64,000 nucleotides of DNA from Bacteroidetes bacterium QS_8_68_28 (GTDB lineage: Bacteria > Bacteroidota > Rhodothermia > Rhodothermales > Salinibacteraceae): the NCBI GenBank assembly GCA_003022485.1, contig PXTS01000015.1, forward strand, positions 753 through 64,752. Reading direction: 5' to 3'. A program made the translations under genes and the position numbers. This document shows positions 30,394 through 40,327 of the stretch, in pieces. The stretch's first letter is position 1. Every line of letters starts with the position of its first letter. The notes below the pieces were generated by a model. That model worked only from the letters and a program-made list of their open reading frames with translations, searched no databases and had not been told where the DNA came from.

Positions 30394-30428
30394 AGGGCCG
30401 CCGCCCATCGTCTGCGGTCCGCCGTCCT

Positions 30429-31355
30429 TCAAAACACCTCGCGGGCGGCGCGGTGCATCTCGGCGTGCAGGTCGGCGGTGGCCTCGGGCGTCTCGGCGTA
30501 GCCGCCGGAAAGCAGCAGCGCCACGGGCGCGCCACTGGCGGCCAACTGGGAGAGGGCGTAGCGGTCGCGTTCGCGCAGCGCTTCGCGCGTGAGGTTGATC
30601 CGCCCGTATTGGTCGCCGGCGGCCACGTCGATGCCGCCGAGGTAGAAGATGAGATCCGGCCGCGCCCGTTCGATCACGCTGGGCAGGTGCGCCCGGAGCG
30701 CCTCCAGGTAGGCGTCGTCGCCGGGGTCGTCGGGAAGGCCCACGTCCAGCGAGGAGGGCGGCTTCTCGAAGGGGTAGTTTTGAGCCCCGTGCAGCGAGAA
30801 GGTGAAGACCGCGTTGGTGTTGGCGAAAAACGCCGCATTGGCGTTGCCCTGGTGCACGTCGAGGTCCACGACGAGGGCGCGCTCGATCCAGCGCGCGCGC
30901 CGCAGGAGGCGAATGGCGACCGCCACGTCGTTCAAGACGCAGAAGCCCTCCCCGTAGCCGGGAAAGGCGTGGTGCGTGCCGCCGGCGAGGTTGGCGGCCA
31001 CGCCGTCTTCGAGGGCCATCATGGCGGCGTTGATGGTGCCCTGCACGGCCAGGCGCGAGCGCCGCACCAGCCGCCGCGACCACGGCAGCCCCATTCGGCG
31101 CTCGGCGCGTTCAGCGAGCTGCCCTTTTGCCAGGGCCGAGAGGTAGCCGGCGGTGTGCACGCGCAACAGCGCTGGCCAGTCGGCCGGGCGAGGGGCGATG
31201 ACTTCGCTTTCGTCCAGCAGCCCCTCGCGCCGCAGGCGGCGGTGCAGGGCCGGGAACTTGGCCATCGGGAAGGGGTGGCCCTCCGGCAGCGGCACGTAGT
31301 AGCCGTCGCAGTAACTGGCGCGCATCGGCGGGCACTTCGGGAGGCGAAAACGCAT
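30429..31355 (-). CDS. Histone deacetylase-family amidohydrolase (HDAC/AcuC-like)
   Basis: ORF 30429..31412. Likely start is ATG 31355 (MRFRLPK) or ATG 31325 (MRASYCDGYYVPLPEGHPFPMAKF). Contains HHAFPGYGEGFCVLNDVA and DLDVHQGNANA. Confidence 0.85.
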   Translation of the reverse strand: MRFRLPKCPPMRASYCDGYYVPLPEGHPFPMAKFPALHRRLRREGLLDESEVIAPRPADWPALLRVHTAGYLSALAKGQLAERAERRMGLPWSRRLVRRSRLAVQGTINAAMMALEDGVAANLAGGTHHAFPGYGEGFCVLNDVAVAIRLLRRARWIERALVVDLDVHQGNANAAFFANTNAVFTFSLHGAQNYPFEKPPSSLDVGLPDDPGDDAYLEALRAHLPSVIERARPDLIFYLGGIDVAAGDQYGRINLTREALRERDRYALSQLAASGAPVALLLSGGYAETPEATADLHAEMHRAAREVF

Positions 31356-31483
31356 CGCCTCTGACGAGCGCCCGCGCCGGAATGGTTCCCGCGCGGCGGG
31401 CGCGCACGGCAAAGGCGTCCCGAGCCGGCCCCAGGAGGGAACCGACCGGGACGCCGTGCGCCGGGCCGATACGTCGTGCCGGA

Positions 31484-31720
31484 TCAGTCCTCAGACGGCA
31501 TGGTGTTGTGGCTGGCCGTGTGCCCCGAGCCGCCCCCGTTCTGCTCATCGGTATCGGAGGATTGGGCCGAGCCGCCGCCTTCCACGGACTGGATTTCAGG
31601 CGGCGCCTGCTCGGGGCCGGTGAGGCTGGAGGAGGAGCAGCCGGTCAGCGCGACCGTGCCGAGCAACGCGAGTGCAGAGAAGACCGCGAAGAGGGGCGAG
31701 GCGGAGCGAGCAGCTTTCAT
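31484..31720 (-). CDS. Small lipoprotein, hypothetical (78 aa)
   Basis: ORF 31484..31837 trimmed to ATG 31720. The signal MKAARSASPLFAVFSALALLGTVALTGC has lipobox LTGC. The tail is low-complexity and acidic. Confidence 0.6.
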   Translation of the reverse strand: MKAARSASPLFAVFSALALLGTVALTGCSSSSLTGPEQAPPEIQSVEGGGSAQSSDTDEQNGGGSGHTASHNTMPSED

Positions 31721-32065
31721 AAGAGGAAGCGCTGGGTTACGTTCGAGAGAGGGTGAAAAACCCGAAACGGCATTGTGTAAAACCGAAATGCCGCCGAGTA
31801 CAATGTTCACGCTACCGCGCAACGCGGGCCGTTGCAAGCCATGCCAACGTTCCAGGCGTTACATTTAAGTAACAAGCTCGTTGCATAGTGCCGGCGGTCG
31901 AACGTCGGGCCGGGCGCCCCTCGGGAAAGCAACGGTTCTCACCTTCTGAAACGAGGACGAGAAGCAAATCCAGAGACGCGGATCGTTGCGCCGAAGTGAG
32001 CGTTTCTGATTTTTCACAACCAGATGTCTGCCGCTTTCTGCGTGAAGCCGTTCTGGGACGATCTC

Positions 32066-35000
32066 ATGCGCGCGTTGCTTGCTCTCGTGATGCTGCCGGC
32101 GGTGCTGTGCGCCGCGCCTGCCGCCGGGCAGCCGGCGCCCACGGGCGCGCCGTTCTCCACCACGCACTTCACCGCGCAGGACTACCGCGCACAGTCGCAG
32201 AACTGGAGCATCGCGCAGGATGAGCGCGGGCTGATGTACGTGGCCAACAACGACGGCATTCTGCAATACGACGGCGCGCGCTGGCGCCTCATCGAGACAG
32301 GCACGGGCGCATTCACGCGCAGCGTCGCGGCCGACCCGCAGGGCACCGTCTACGCTGGGACAGTGGGCGACTTTGGCGTGCTGCGGCCCGACTCCACCGC
32401 CACGCTGCGGTACGTCTCGCTCGCCGACCGGCTGCCGCCGGAGCAGCGAGGCTTCTCGGACGTGTGGTACACGCACACCACGGGCAGCGACGTGTACTTC
32501 CAGAGCCGCGAGCGGCTTTTTCGGTGGAATGGAGACACGCTCCGCTCCTGGAAGAGCCCGGGAGTTTTTCACACCTCATTTGTCGTGCGGGGGCAGCTCT
32601 ACGTACGCGAGTCGGGACGCGGTCTGCTGCGTATGGAGGGTGACTCGCTGGAGGTCGTGCCGGGCGGCGAGCGTTTTGCGCACATGACGGTGTACGTGAT
32701 GATCCCGCACGGCTCGGGGAAAATCCTCGTCGGCACCTCCCAGGAGAACTTCTTCCTCTACGACGGAACGTCGTTCGAGCCCTTTCCCACCGAGGTCGAC
32801 GCGCTTCTGGAAGATACGCAGCTCTACCACGGCACCCGCCTGCCGGGGGGCGAGGTGGTGCTGGCCACGCTGGGCGAGGGGGTTTTCATCATCGACCGCC
32901 GGGGCCGGCTCGTGCAGGTGCTCGACCAGCAGACGGGCCTGCCCGACGGCACGGTCAACCACGTCTACCCCGACGGCCAGGGCGGGCTGTGGATGGCCCT
33001 GCACAACAGCGGAGTCTTCCACGCCGAGGTGTCCTCGCCGCTCTCGCGCTTCGGCAAGGGGTTCGGGCTGGAAGGCATCGTTCAGGACTTCTACCAGCAA
33101 GACGGGGCGTTTCATACGGCGACGGGGGCGGGCGTGTACCGGTTCATGAAGCGCGCGACGGAGGCGCGCCCGCGCTACCGCTTCGAGAAAGTGCCCGGCG
33201 TGCCCGCCGCCTGGGACCTGCTCTCGCCCGGGAACGCGCTCTACGCCGCCACGCGCGGAGGCGTGTACCGCATCGAGGAGGGGCAGGGCACGAGGCTCGC
33301 CGGGGAAAAAGCCTTCAGCCTGGCTGCCCCCAGTGCGAGAACCCCGAGGCGCCTGTTCGTGGGCACGGCCGAGGGGGTGGACGTCCTCCAGCGCCGGGAG
33401 GGGGAATGGCGGCTCGATCCGCTGGCGCGCACGCAGTCGGAGGTGCGGTCCGTCAAGGTGACGGAGAAGAGCGGGGCGCTCTGGTTCAGCACGCTCGACG
33501 GGACCGTGTTTCGCGTCGCCCCGCGCCAACTCCAGCGGGCCCGTGCCGAGCCACGCGCGCCGGTCCGCCCGCAGCGCTTCGACACGACCGACGGCCTGCC
33601 CGGAGGAACCGTGTCGGTCGCTTCCTTCCGGGGAGCGCCCGTCTTTGTTTTTAAAGACGGCCTCTACCACACGCGGGCTGCGCGGGGCGACACGACCTTC
33701 TACCGCGACACGACCCTGACCGGGGCCGCCCGGCGCCGCAAAGGCCCATTGCGCGCCTTCTACGAAGCCGACTCGAGCAAGGCGTGGCTCTTCTACGACG
33801 ACCGCGTGGAGGTGGCGCGCCGGCAGGCGAACGGGACCTACGCGCGTGAGATGCCCCCGGTGCTCCAGATTTTCCAGTTCTCAGGAAGCAACATGGTCCG
33901 CGCCCGCATCGGGGCGGAGGGGGGAGTGTGGATCAGCAACCAGGAGGAGCTGATTCGCTACGACGACGCGCGTGCTCGGCGCCTGCGCGGGGCGCGGCGC
34001 GACACGCCGCGCGTGCTCATCCGGCGGGTGCGCGACGCCGTCACTGGAGACCTCATCTACGGCGGGGCCGCGCCGCCGGAGCACCCAGTGGAGGTGCCCT
34101 ACCGGCAGAACAGCGTGCGCGTGGCCTTCGGGTGGCCTCAGTACGGGCCGGAGGTGGACCCGCGCTACCAGTACCGCCTGGGCGACGGCCAGGGCTGGTC
34201 GGAGTGGCAGCCGAGCGCCGAGGTCGTGCTGGACCGCCTCGGGGAGGGAACCTACGCCGTAGAAGTGCGCACCCGCGACGCGGACGAGAAAGGGATCCGC
34301 TCGCGCGCGTCACTGACGCTGAAGGTTCTGCCGCCGTGGTACCGCACCGTCTGGGCGTACCTGGCCTACGCGGGCCTCGGGGTGCTGGCGGTGCTGGCCG
34401 CGCGCCGCTACCGGCGCCTGCGCGCCGAGCGCCGCGAGGCGCGCCGGGCGGCCCAGCGCCACCAGCGCGAAACCGAGCGCGAGCGCGAGGCGCGCCGGAA
34501 GCTCCAGGAGGCCCGCGACCGCCTCGAAGAGGCCAACCGCCTTAAGGAAAACTTCCTGGCGAACACCTCCCACGAGTTTCGCACGCCGCTGTCTTCGATC
34601 ATCGGCTACGCCGAGGTGCTGCAGGACGACGAGCTCCCGCGCGAGCAGCAGCAGGAGTTTCTGGGCGTCATTCGCCGCAGCGGCGAACGCCTGCTCGACA
34701 CCGTGACCATGCTGCTGGAGATCTCCCAGTTACACGCCGGCACCCTGGATCCGGACCCCGGTGAGATGGAAGTCAACCAGCAGGTCGAGGAGGCCGTCAC
34801 GCCCTTTCGCCAGAAGGCTGAGGACAAGGGACTGAGCTTCCGCTTCACGCCCGCCCCGGCGCCGATGTCGGCGAAGCTCCCGGCGCGCTACTTCCGCCGC
34901 ATCATCGAGAACCTGGTGGACAACGCCGTCAAGTTTACGCAGGAAGGCACCGTGCGCGTCCTCGTGTGCGGCACGGATGTCGGAGAGGTGTGCGTGGAGG

Positions 35001-35242
35001 TGCGCGACACCGGCGTCGGCATGGCACATCCCGAAGCCCTCTTTGCCGAGTTCAAGCAGGCCTCCGAGGGCACCAAGCGCGCGCACGAGGGCTCGGGACT
35101 GGGCCTGACGATCGCCGGGCGCCTGGCGCGCCTGATGGGCGGCTCCATCGAAGTAGAGAGTACGAAGGACGAGGGGTCGCGCTTCACTGTTCGCCTGCCG
35201 AGAACCCTCGACCTCGATACCGACGACGCCCCCTCCTCATGA
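32066..35242 (+). CDS. Sensor histidine kinase with periplasmic propeller / Y_Y_Y-type domain
   Basis: ORF 32024..35242 with ATG 32066 (MRALLALVMLPAVLCAAPAAG signal). Contains propeller-repeat text, YQYRLGDGQGWSEWQ, a TM segment WAYLAYAGLGVLAVLAA, HisKA SHEFRTPL, and HATPase boxes DNAVKFT, DTGVGM and GSGLGLTI. Confidence 0.9.
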   Translation: MRALLALVMLPAVLCAAPAAGQPAPTGAPFSTTHFTAQDYRAQSQNWSIAQDERGLMYVANNDGILQYDGARWRLIETGTGAFTRSVAADPQGTVYAGTVGDFGVLRPDSTATLRYVSLADRLPPEQRGFSDVWYTHTTGSDVYFQSRERLFRWNGDTLRSWKSPGVFHTSFVVRGQLYVRESGRGLLRMEGDSLEVVPGGERFAHMTVYVMIPHGSGKILVGTSQENFFLYDGTSFEPFPTEVDALLEDTQLYHGTRLPGGEVVLATLGEGVFIIDRRGRLVQVLDQQTGLPDGTVNHVYPDGQGGLWMALHNSGVFHAEVSSPLSRFGKGFGLEGIVQDFYQQDGAFHTATGAGVYRFMKRATEARPRYRFEKVPGVPAAWDLLSPGNALYAATRGGVYRIEEGQGTRLAGEKAFSLAAPSARTPRRLFVGTAEGVDVLQRREGEWRLDPLARTQSEVRSVKVTEKSGALWFSTLDGTVFRVAPRQLQRARAEPRAPVRPQRFDTTDGLPGGTVSVASFRGAPVFVFKDGLYHTRAARGDTTFYRDTTLTGAARRRKGPLRAFYEADSSKAWLFYDDRVEVARRQANGTYAREMPPVLQIFQFSGSNMVRARIGAEGGVWISNQEELIRYDDARARRLRGARRDTPRVLIRRVRDAVTGDLIYGGAAPPEHPVEVPYRQNSVRVAFGWPQYGPEVDPRYQYRLGDGQGWSEWQPSAEVVLDRLGEGTYAVEVRTRDADEKGIRSRASLTLKVLPPWYRTVWAYLAYAGLGVLAVLAARRYRRLRAERREARRAAQRHQRETEREREARRKLQEARDRLEEANRLKENFLANTSHEFRTPLSSIIGYAEVLQDDELPREQQQEFLGVIRRSGERLLDTVTMLLEISQLHAGTLDPDPGEMEVNQQVEEAVTPFRQKAEDKGLSFRFTPAPAPMSAKLPARYFRRIIENLVDNAVKFTQEGTVRVLVCGTDVGEVCVEVRDTGVGMAHPEALFAEFKQASEGTKRAHEGSGLGLTIAGRLARLMGGSIEVESTKDEGSRFTVRLPRTLDLDTDDAPSS

Positions 35243-35440
35243 CCGACCGGCCCGCCGCGCCCGGGAGCAGTCGAGGCGATGGCCGATGAGGCGCTCGCGG
35301 CATGAACGCGTTCCGGCAGGCCGGGGAAACAATTCGGAGACCTGAAAGGTGTTTTGATACGCGCCCCGCCTGCCCAAGGGGCCGGCGCTCCCGGCGGGCG
35401 CGTTGTCTCTTCCCTTCCGCCGTTTGCCCATCCGTTGTTC

Positions 35441-37072
35441 ATGAAGCGTCGTACCGTTCTTCTCGGGGCTCTCGGGCTGGCGCTGGTGGGTCTGCTGGCC
35501 GGCATCCTGGGTACATTGTTCTTTTTGGAAGTGGGGGCGCCGGACCAGCAGTTCGTGCGGCGGGTGGAGCTGAGCGGCCCCTCTGCGCCGCCCGGTAGCA
35601 CCGCCGCCGGAGCAGCCCGCGCGGCCGACACGGGCCGGGCTGTCGCGGCGGGCACGCCTTCCGCCGGTGAGAAGCTCGGCGACCGCTTCGAGCGCGTGGC
35701 CGGCCAGGTGCGCTCCTCGGTCGTCTACATCCAGGTCCGGAGCGAGCAGCAAGCCCTCTCGCAGGAGGGGCTCCGCGACTTCGGCGGCGACGGGAGCGGC
35801 CCGCCGCGCCTTTTCGAGCGGCGCCAGAGCGTCGGCAGCGGGGTCATCATCAGCCCCGACGGCTACATCGTGACCAACAACCACGTCGTGAAAAACGCCG
35901 AACGCATCGAGGTCAACCTCGCCGACCGACGCCGCTACGAGGCAGAGGTCGTCGGCACCGACCCTTCGACGGACCTGGCCGTCATTCGGGCGAAGGGCGC
36001 GGCCAATCTGCCGGCCCTCCCCATGGGCAACTCCGACCAGGTCGAGGTGGGGGAGCGGGTGCTGGCGGTCGGCAACCCCTTTCGGCTCACGTCCACCGTC
36101 ACCGCTGGCATCGTCAGCGCGCTGGGGCGACAGGTGGGCATCATCGACAGCCGCTTCGGCATCGAGAACTTCATCCAGACCGACGCGGCGATCAACCCCG
36201 GCAACAGCGGCGGGGCGCTGGTGAACATGCAGGGCGAGCTCGTGGGCGTCGCTACGGCGATTGCCTCGGAAGGCGGCTCTTACGAAGGGTACGGCTTCGC
36301 GGTGCCGTCGAACCTGGTCGAGCGCGTGACGAAAGACCTCGTGGAGCAGGGCGAGGTCGAGCGCGCGCTGCTGGGCGTGAGCATCGGCAACGTGTCGCCG
36401 GCACGCGCGCGGCGGCTGGGGCTGGAGGACGTGGCCGGGGCCTACATCAGCGACGTGAAAGGCGGGAGCGCGGCCGACCAGGCGGGCATCCGGGAGGGGG
36501 ATGTGGTGCAGGCGGTCGGGGAGCGCGACGTGGCCGCCCCCAACGACCTCCAGAGTGCCGTGGCCCGCCAGCGCCCCGGCGATACGGTGCAGGTGCAGGT
36601 GTGGCGCGACGGCGCGGCGCGCACGTTGGCGGTGCGGCTGATGGGCCGCGACGCTCCCGTCTACCAGAACTGGGTCGGAAGGAATGAAGACCGAGAAGAC
36701 CCCTCGCGCCCCGCGCCCGACAGCAGTAGAGACGGAAATTCTCCGGAAGGCGGCGGCGAAGGGGCCAACCCGCAGGTCTTCAACCTGGAGGGCTGGGGGC
36801 TGGGCCTGCGCGCCCTGACCGCCGCAGAGCGCGATGCCTTCAGCCGCGAGCGGGGCGTCTTCGTGGCCTTCGTCGCCGGCGACGGAATGGCCGGGCAGGC
36901 GGGCGTGCCGCGCGGCACGGTCGTCACCGCCGTCGACGGGACCCCCGTCGGTTCCGTGGAGGCGGCGATCGAGGCTCTCCAGCGGGCCACGGCCACGGGC
37001 GAGCCGGCGCTCTTGCGCGTGAAGCGGCGCGACGGCTCGATTGCCTTCTACGAGGTCGCCCCGCCGCGCTGA
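35441..37072 (+). CDS. htrA: Do/DegP/HtrA-family serine protease with PDZ domains
   Basis: ORF 35354..37072 trimmed to ATG 35441 (MKRRTVLLGALGLALVGLLAG). Catalytic triad contexts are TNNHVV, DLAVIRA and GNSGGALV. Two PDZ-like regions are present. Confidence 0.9.
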   Translation: MKRRTVLLGALGLALVGLLAGILGTLFFLEVGAPDQQFVRRVELSGPSAPPGSTAAGAARAADTGRAVAAGTPSAGEKLGDRFERVAGQVRSSVVYIQVRSEQQALSQEGLRDFGGDGSGPPRLFERRQSVGSGVIISPDGYIVTNNHVVKNAERIEVNLADRRRYEAEVVGTDPSTDLAVIRAKGAANLPALPMGNSDQVEVGERVLAVGNPFRLTSTVTAGIVSALGRQVGIIDSRFGIENFIQTDAAINPGNSGGALVNMQGELVGVATAIASEGGSYEGYGFAVPSNLVERVTKDLVEQGEVERALLGVSIGNVSPARARRLGLEDVAGAYISDVKGGSAADQAGIREGDVVQAVGERDVAAPNDLQSAVARQRPGDTVQVQVWRDGAARTLAVRLMGRDAPVYQNWVGRNEDREDPSRPAPDSSRDGNSPEGGGEGANPQVFNLEGWGLGLRALTAAERDAFSRERGVFVAFVAGDGMAGQAGVPRGTVVTAVDGTPVGSVEAAIEALQRATATGEPALLRVKRRDGSIAFYEVAPPR

Positions 37073-37100
37073 GGCCTTCGCACGGCTCGCATTCTTGCAC

Positions 37101-37393
37101 GTGCAACCTGGCGGCCCCGACGACGATTCTCCGCCCATCGACACGCTCGAGATGAAAAAGCAACGCGCCAAGCCGGCGTTTACCGGCGAGCAGACCGACG
37201 CCATCGGGGAAGCGCTCAAGGCATGGCCGGCGCGCCTGGCCACGAGGAGGACTTCCAGGAGCTACGCAAGGACATGAAGAACAAAATCCAGACCTTGCGC
37301 AAGGACATGAAGCGCATGCGCTGGCAACTCACGGTGAGCATTACACTGGCCGCCAGCGCGCTCGTGAGCATCGTCAACCATCTACTTGCTTAG
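37101..37393 (+). pseudogene. DUF1640-like small tail-anchored protein, apparently frameshifted
   Basis: Frame 1 (GTG 37101 or ATG 37152) gives PPIDTLEMKKQRAKPAFTGEQTDAIGEALKA. A second frame from 37223 gives MAGAPGHEEDFQELRKDMKNKIQTLRKDMKRMRWQLTVSITLAASALVSIVNHLLA, with its stop at 37391-37393. Both frames have ~80% G/C at third positions. Together they resemble one DUF1640-type protein. Confidence 0.45.
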
Positions 37394-37399
37394 CGCATC

Positions 37400-38623
37400 A
37401 TGATTCGGTATCTGACCGCTGGCGAGAGCCACGGCGAGGCCCTCACCGGCGTGGTCGAGGGGTTGCCCGCCGGCGTCCCGCTCACTGCCTCGGACCTCAA
37501 CGAGCACCTGGCGCGCCGCTGGCTGGGCTACGGGCGTGGGGGGCGCTCCAAGATCGAAAACGACAAGGTGCACGTCTACTCCGGCGTGCGCTTCTCTAAG
37601 ACGCTGGGCAGCCCGGTGGGCCTGCGCCTCGACAACGGCGCCTACGAAAAAGACCGCGCCGGCTGGCCGGAGACGATGGCGCTCGAAGGCACCGGCGAAG
37701 ACGTCGAGCGCGTCACGCTGCCGCGCCCCGGCCACGCCGACCTCGCCGGTGCGCAGAAATACGGCTTCGACCGCCCCCCGCGCGGTCCAGACATGCGCCC
37801 CGTCATCGACCGCGCCAGCGCGCGCGAGACGGCCATGCGCGTGGCTTGCTGCTCGACCGCCCGCCAGATGCTGCGCGAACTGGGGATCGAGGTCGGCAGC
37901 CACGTCACCCGCATCGGTCAGGTCGGCTTCGAGGAGCCGGGCGACTGGCAGGACCGCGCCCGGGACCTGCTGGCGGAGGAGGGCGGCGCGCGCGCCCTTT
38001 ACGAAGCTGCCGACGAGAGCGCCACGCGCATGATCGACCCCGATCTCACCGAGCGGGGCGTCGAGCACATCAAGGAAACCAAAAAGGAACGCGACTCGCT
38101 GGGCGGGGCCTACGAAGTGGTCGTCACCGGCGTGCCGCCGGGGCTGGGCTCGTACGCGCAGTGGGACCGCCGCCTCGACGGGCAGCTCGCGCAGGCGATC
38201 CTTTCGATCCAGGCGCAGAAAGGCGTCGAGGTGGGCGACGGCGTGGCCGGCGCGAGGCGCTACGGCTCCGACGTGCACGACGAGATCATCCGGAAAGACG
38301 GCACGGGCGCCTCCCTGAAACGCCGCACCAACCGCGCTGGGGGCATCGAGGGCGGCGTCTCGAACGGGATGCCGCTGGTCGTGCGCGGCTACATGAAACC
38401 GATCCCCACGCTCATCGAGCCGCTCGACTCGGTGGACCTCGAAAGCGGCGAGCCGCAGACTACGCGCTACGAGCGCAGCGACGTGACGAGCGTGCCGGCG
38501 GCCTCGACGGTGGCGGAGGCGACCGTGGCGCTGGTCGTGGCCAACGCCGTGCTCGAACGCTTCGGGGGGGACCGCTTCGAACAGATTCGCCGGCGCCTCA
38601 CCGAGGAGCGCGACCGCCAGTAG
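37400..38623 (+). CDS. aroC: Chorismate synthase
   Basis: 407 aa. Starts MIRYLTAGESHGEALTGVVEGLPAGVPL and contains GRSSARETAMRVA-type text and NRAGGIEGGVSNG. Confidence 0.95.
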   Translation: MIRYLTAGESHGEALTGVVEGLPAGVPLTASDLNEHLARRWLGYGRGGRSKIENDKVHVYSGVRFSKTLGSPVGLRLDNGAYEKDRAGWPETMALEGTGEDVERVTLPRPGHADLAGAQKYGFDRPPRGPDMRPVIDRASARETAMRVACCSTARQMLRELGIEVGSHVTRIGQVGFEEPGDWQDRARDLLAEEGGARALYEAADESATRMIDPDLTERGVEHIKETKKERDSLGGAYEVVVTGVPPGLGSYAQWDRRLDGQLAQAILSIQAQKGVEVGDGVAGARRYGSDVHDEIIRKDGTGASLKRRTNRAGGIEGGVSNGMPLVVRGYMKPIPTLIEPLDSVDLESGEPQTTRYERSDVTSVPAASTVAEATVALVVANAVLERFGGDRFEQIRRRLTEERDRQ

Positions 38624-38640
38624 AGCGCGACCGCCAGTAG
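38607..38640. repeat. Perfect 17-nt tandem duplication that includes the aroC stop codon
   Basis: AGCGCGACCGCCAGTAG occurs at 38607-38623 and again at 38624-38640. Confidence 0.9.
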
Positions 38641-38667
38641 CAGGCGGCGCGACGGAAACGACTCAGA

Positions 38668-38729
38668 GGGATCCCTGATTAAGAGATCCCTGATTAGAGA
38701 AATTCCTGATTAGAGAAATTCCTGAAATC
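38668..38729. repeat. Four tandem 15-16-nt AT-rich units upstream of the PAS kinase gene
   Basis: The units are GGGATCCCTGATTAA, GAGATCCCTGATTAG, AGAAATTCCTGATTAG and AGAAATTCCTGAAATC. The shared core is TCCTGA(T/A)(T/A). Confidence 0.85.
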
Positions 38730-38861
38730 GCGTCTTCCACGGGCGCGCCGGGGCCCTCCGGGAAACCGCCCCGAGAAAATTGGTGTTGCAATTATGTAAC
38801 AAAAGTCACCGCTATCAAACACGACGGGTCCCACGCCTGGCCGCGGCGGAGCCTGCGTCGT

Positions 38862-40004
38862 GTGTGCTTCGCTCTCCTTCCGCAGCGCTTTCGCCTCCTG
38901 GCCGAAAACGTCAGCGACCTGGTGTGCCTGCACGACCTGCAGGGGCGGTGCGTCTACGCCAGCCCGTCGGCGCGGCGGCTGCTGGGCTACGCCCCCGATG
39001 ATCTCGTCGGGGTGCAGCCGCTGGCCCGCGTTCACCCCGACGACGCAGAGGAGGTCCGCGAGGCCGCTGCACGCGTCGTGCGGGGAGAACCCGACGTGAC
39101 CCATCGCGCGCGCCTGCGTCACGCCGACGGCTCCTACCGCTGGTGTGAAATCGCCGGCCATCCCGTCTACGACGACGACGGCCAGACCGTCAAGCAGTTT
39201 CTGACCTCCACGCGCGACATCACCGAGCGCGTGCGCGCCGAGGAAGATCGCAAGCGCACCAACGCCGAGTTGCGCCGGCGCAATCGCGAGCTCGAAGACT
39301 TCGCCCGTATCGCCTCCCACGACCTCCGAGAACCATTGCGCAAAGTGCGTTCCTTCGCCGAGTTGATGCGCGAAGACTACGCCGAGGCCGTCGACGAGAC
39401 GGGCCGCTACTATCTGGAGCGCATGGAAGACGGCGCGAAGCGCATGTCGCGCCTTGTGAGCGGTCTGCTGGACCTCTCGCGCGTGACGACGCAGGGAAAC
39501 CCCTTCCGGCCGGTCGCGCTGGAGGAGATCGCCGCCACGGTGCGCACCGACCTTGAAGCCTGCATCGAAGACACCGGCGGGCGCGTCGAGATCGGCCGCC
39601 TGCCCCGGCTCGAGGCCGATTCCACGCAGATGCGCCGGCTTCTGCAAAACCTCGTCGGCAACGCGCTCAAGTTTCACCGCGAGGAGGTGCCGCCGGTCGT
39701 GAAGGTGCGCGGCACCCGCGAGCCGGCCGCCGAGCATCCCGCCGCCGACCTCGTGCCGGGCACTGAGACGGTCGTGCGCCTCACGGTGGAAGACAATGGG
39801 CTCGGCTTTGAAGAAAAGTTTTTGGACCGTATCTTCACGCCCCTGCAACGCCTGCAGCGGCGCGGCGATGTCGAGGGCACCGGCATCGGGCTGGCCGTGT
39901 GCCGTCGGATCGCCGAGCGCCACGGCGGCGTCATCCGGGCAGAGAGCACGCCGGGGGCCGGCAGCTGTTTCACCGTGCTGTTGCCCGCCGCGCAACCCGA
40001 CTGA
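38862..40004 (+). CDS. Cytoplasmic PAS-domain sensor histidine kinase
   Basis: 380 aa (GTG start, uncertain). PAS text is RFRLLAENVSDLVCLHDLQGRCVYASPSARRLLGY. HisKA is ASHDLREPLR. HATPase boxes are GNALKFH, DNGLGF and GTGIGLAV. No TM segment. Confidence 0.85.
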   Translation: MCFALLPQRFRLLAENVSDLVCLHDLQGRCVYASPSARRLLGYAPDDLVGVQPLARVHPDDAEEVREAAARVVRGEPDVTHRARLRHADGSYRWCEIAGHPVYDDDGQTVKQFLTSTRDITERVRAEEDRKRTNAELRRRNRELEDFARIASHDLREPLRKVRSFAELMREDYAEAVDETGRYYLERMEDGAKRMSRLVSGLLDLSRVTTQGNPFRPVALEEIAATVRTDLEACIEDTGGRVEIGRLPRLEADSTQMRRLLQNLVGNALKFHREEVPPVVKVRGTREPAAEHPAADLVPGTETVVRLTVEDNGLGFEEKFLDRIFTPLQRLQRRGDVEGTGIGLAVCRRIAERHGGVIRAESTPGAGSCFTVLLPAAQPD

Positions 40005-40327
40005 GCGTTCTGGGCCGCGTCGCGTTCACCTTTGCCGGCGACACACTGCCGGGCCGGGACCGCGCCCGGCTCCCCTCGAACCGCCAGGGCGGCAGTGTGG
40101 CTCCGGGCGCGCCGTGCCCGCCCGTGGGAGCGCGCTTTCCGGAAGTGCGCTTCCGTGGTACTCGGGCGCGCACCGACGCCGGCGAGCCGACCATCGCTGA
40201 CCGCAATCGCGCGCCGGACCGGACCGTCCTGGAAGCCTTCGGCCTGCTCGACCTTTACGAACCGATCCGCACCGCCCTGCGCGAACTGTACGACATTCGC
40301 ATGGCGGTAAACGACTGACGCACGGCC

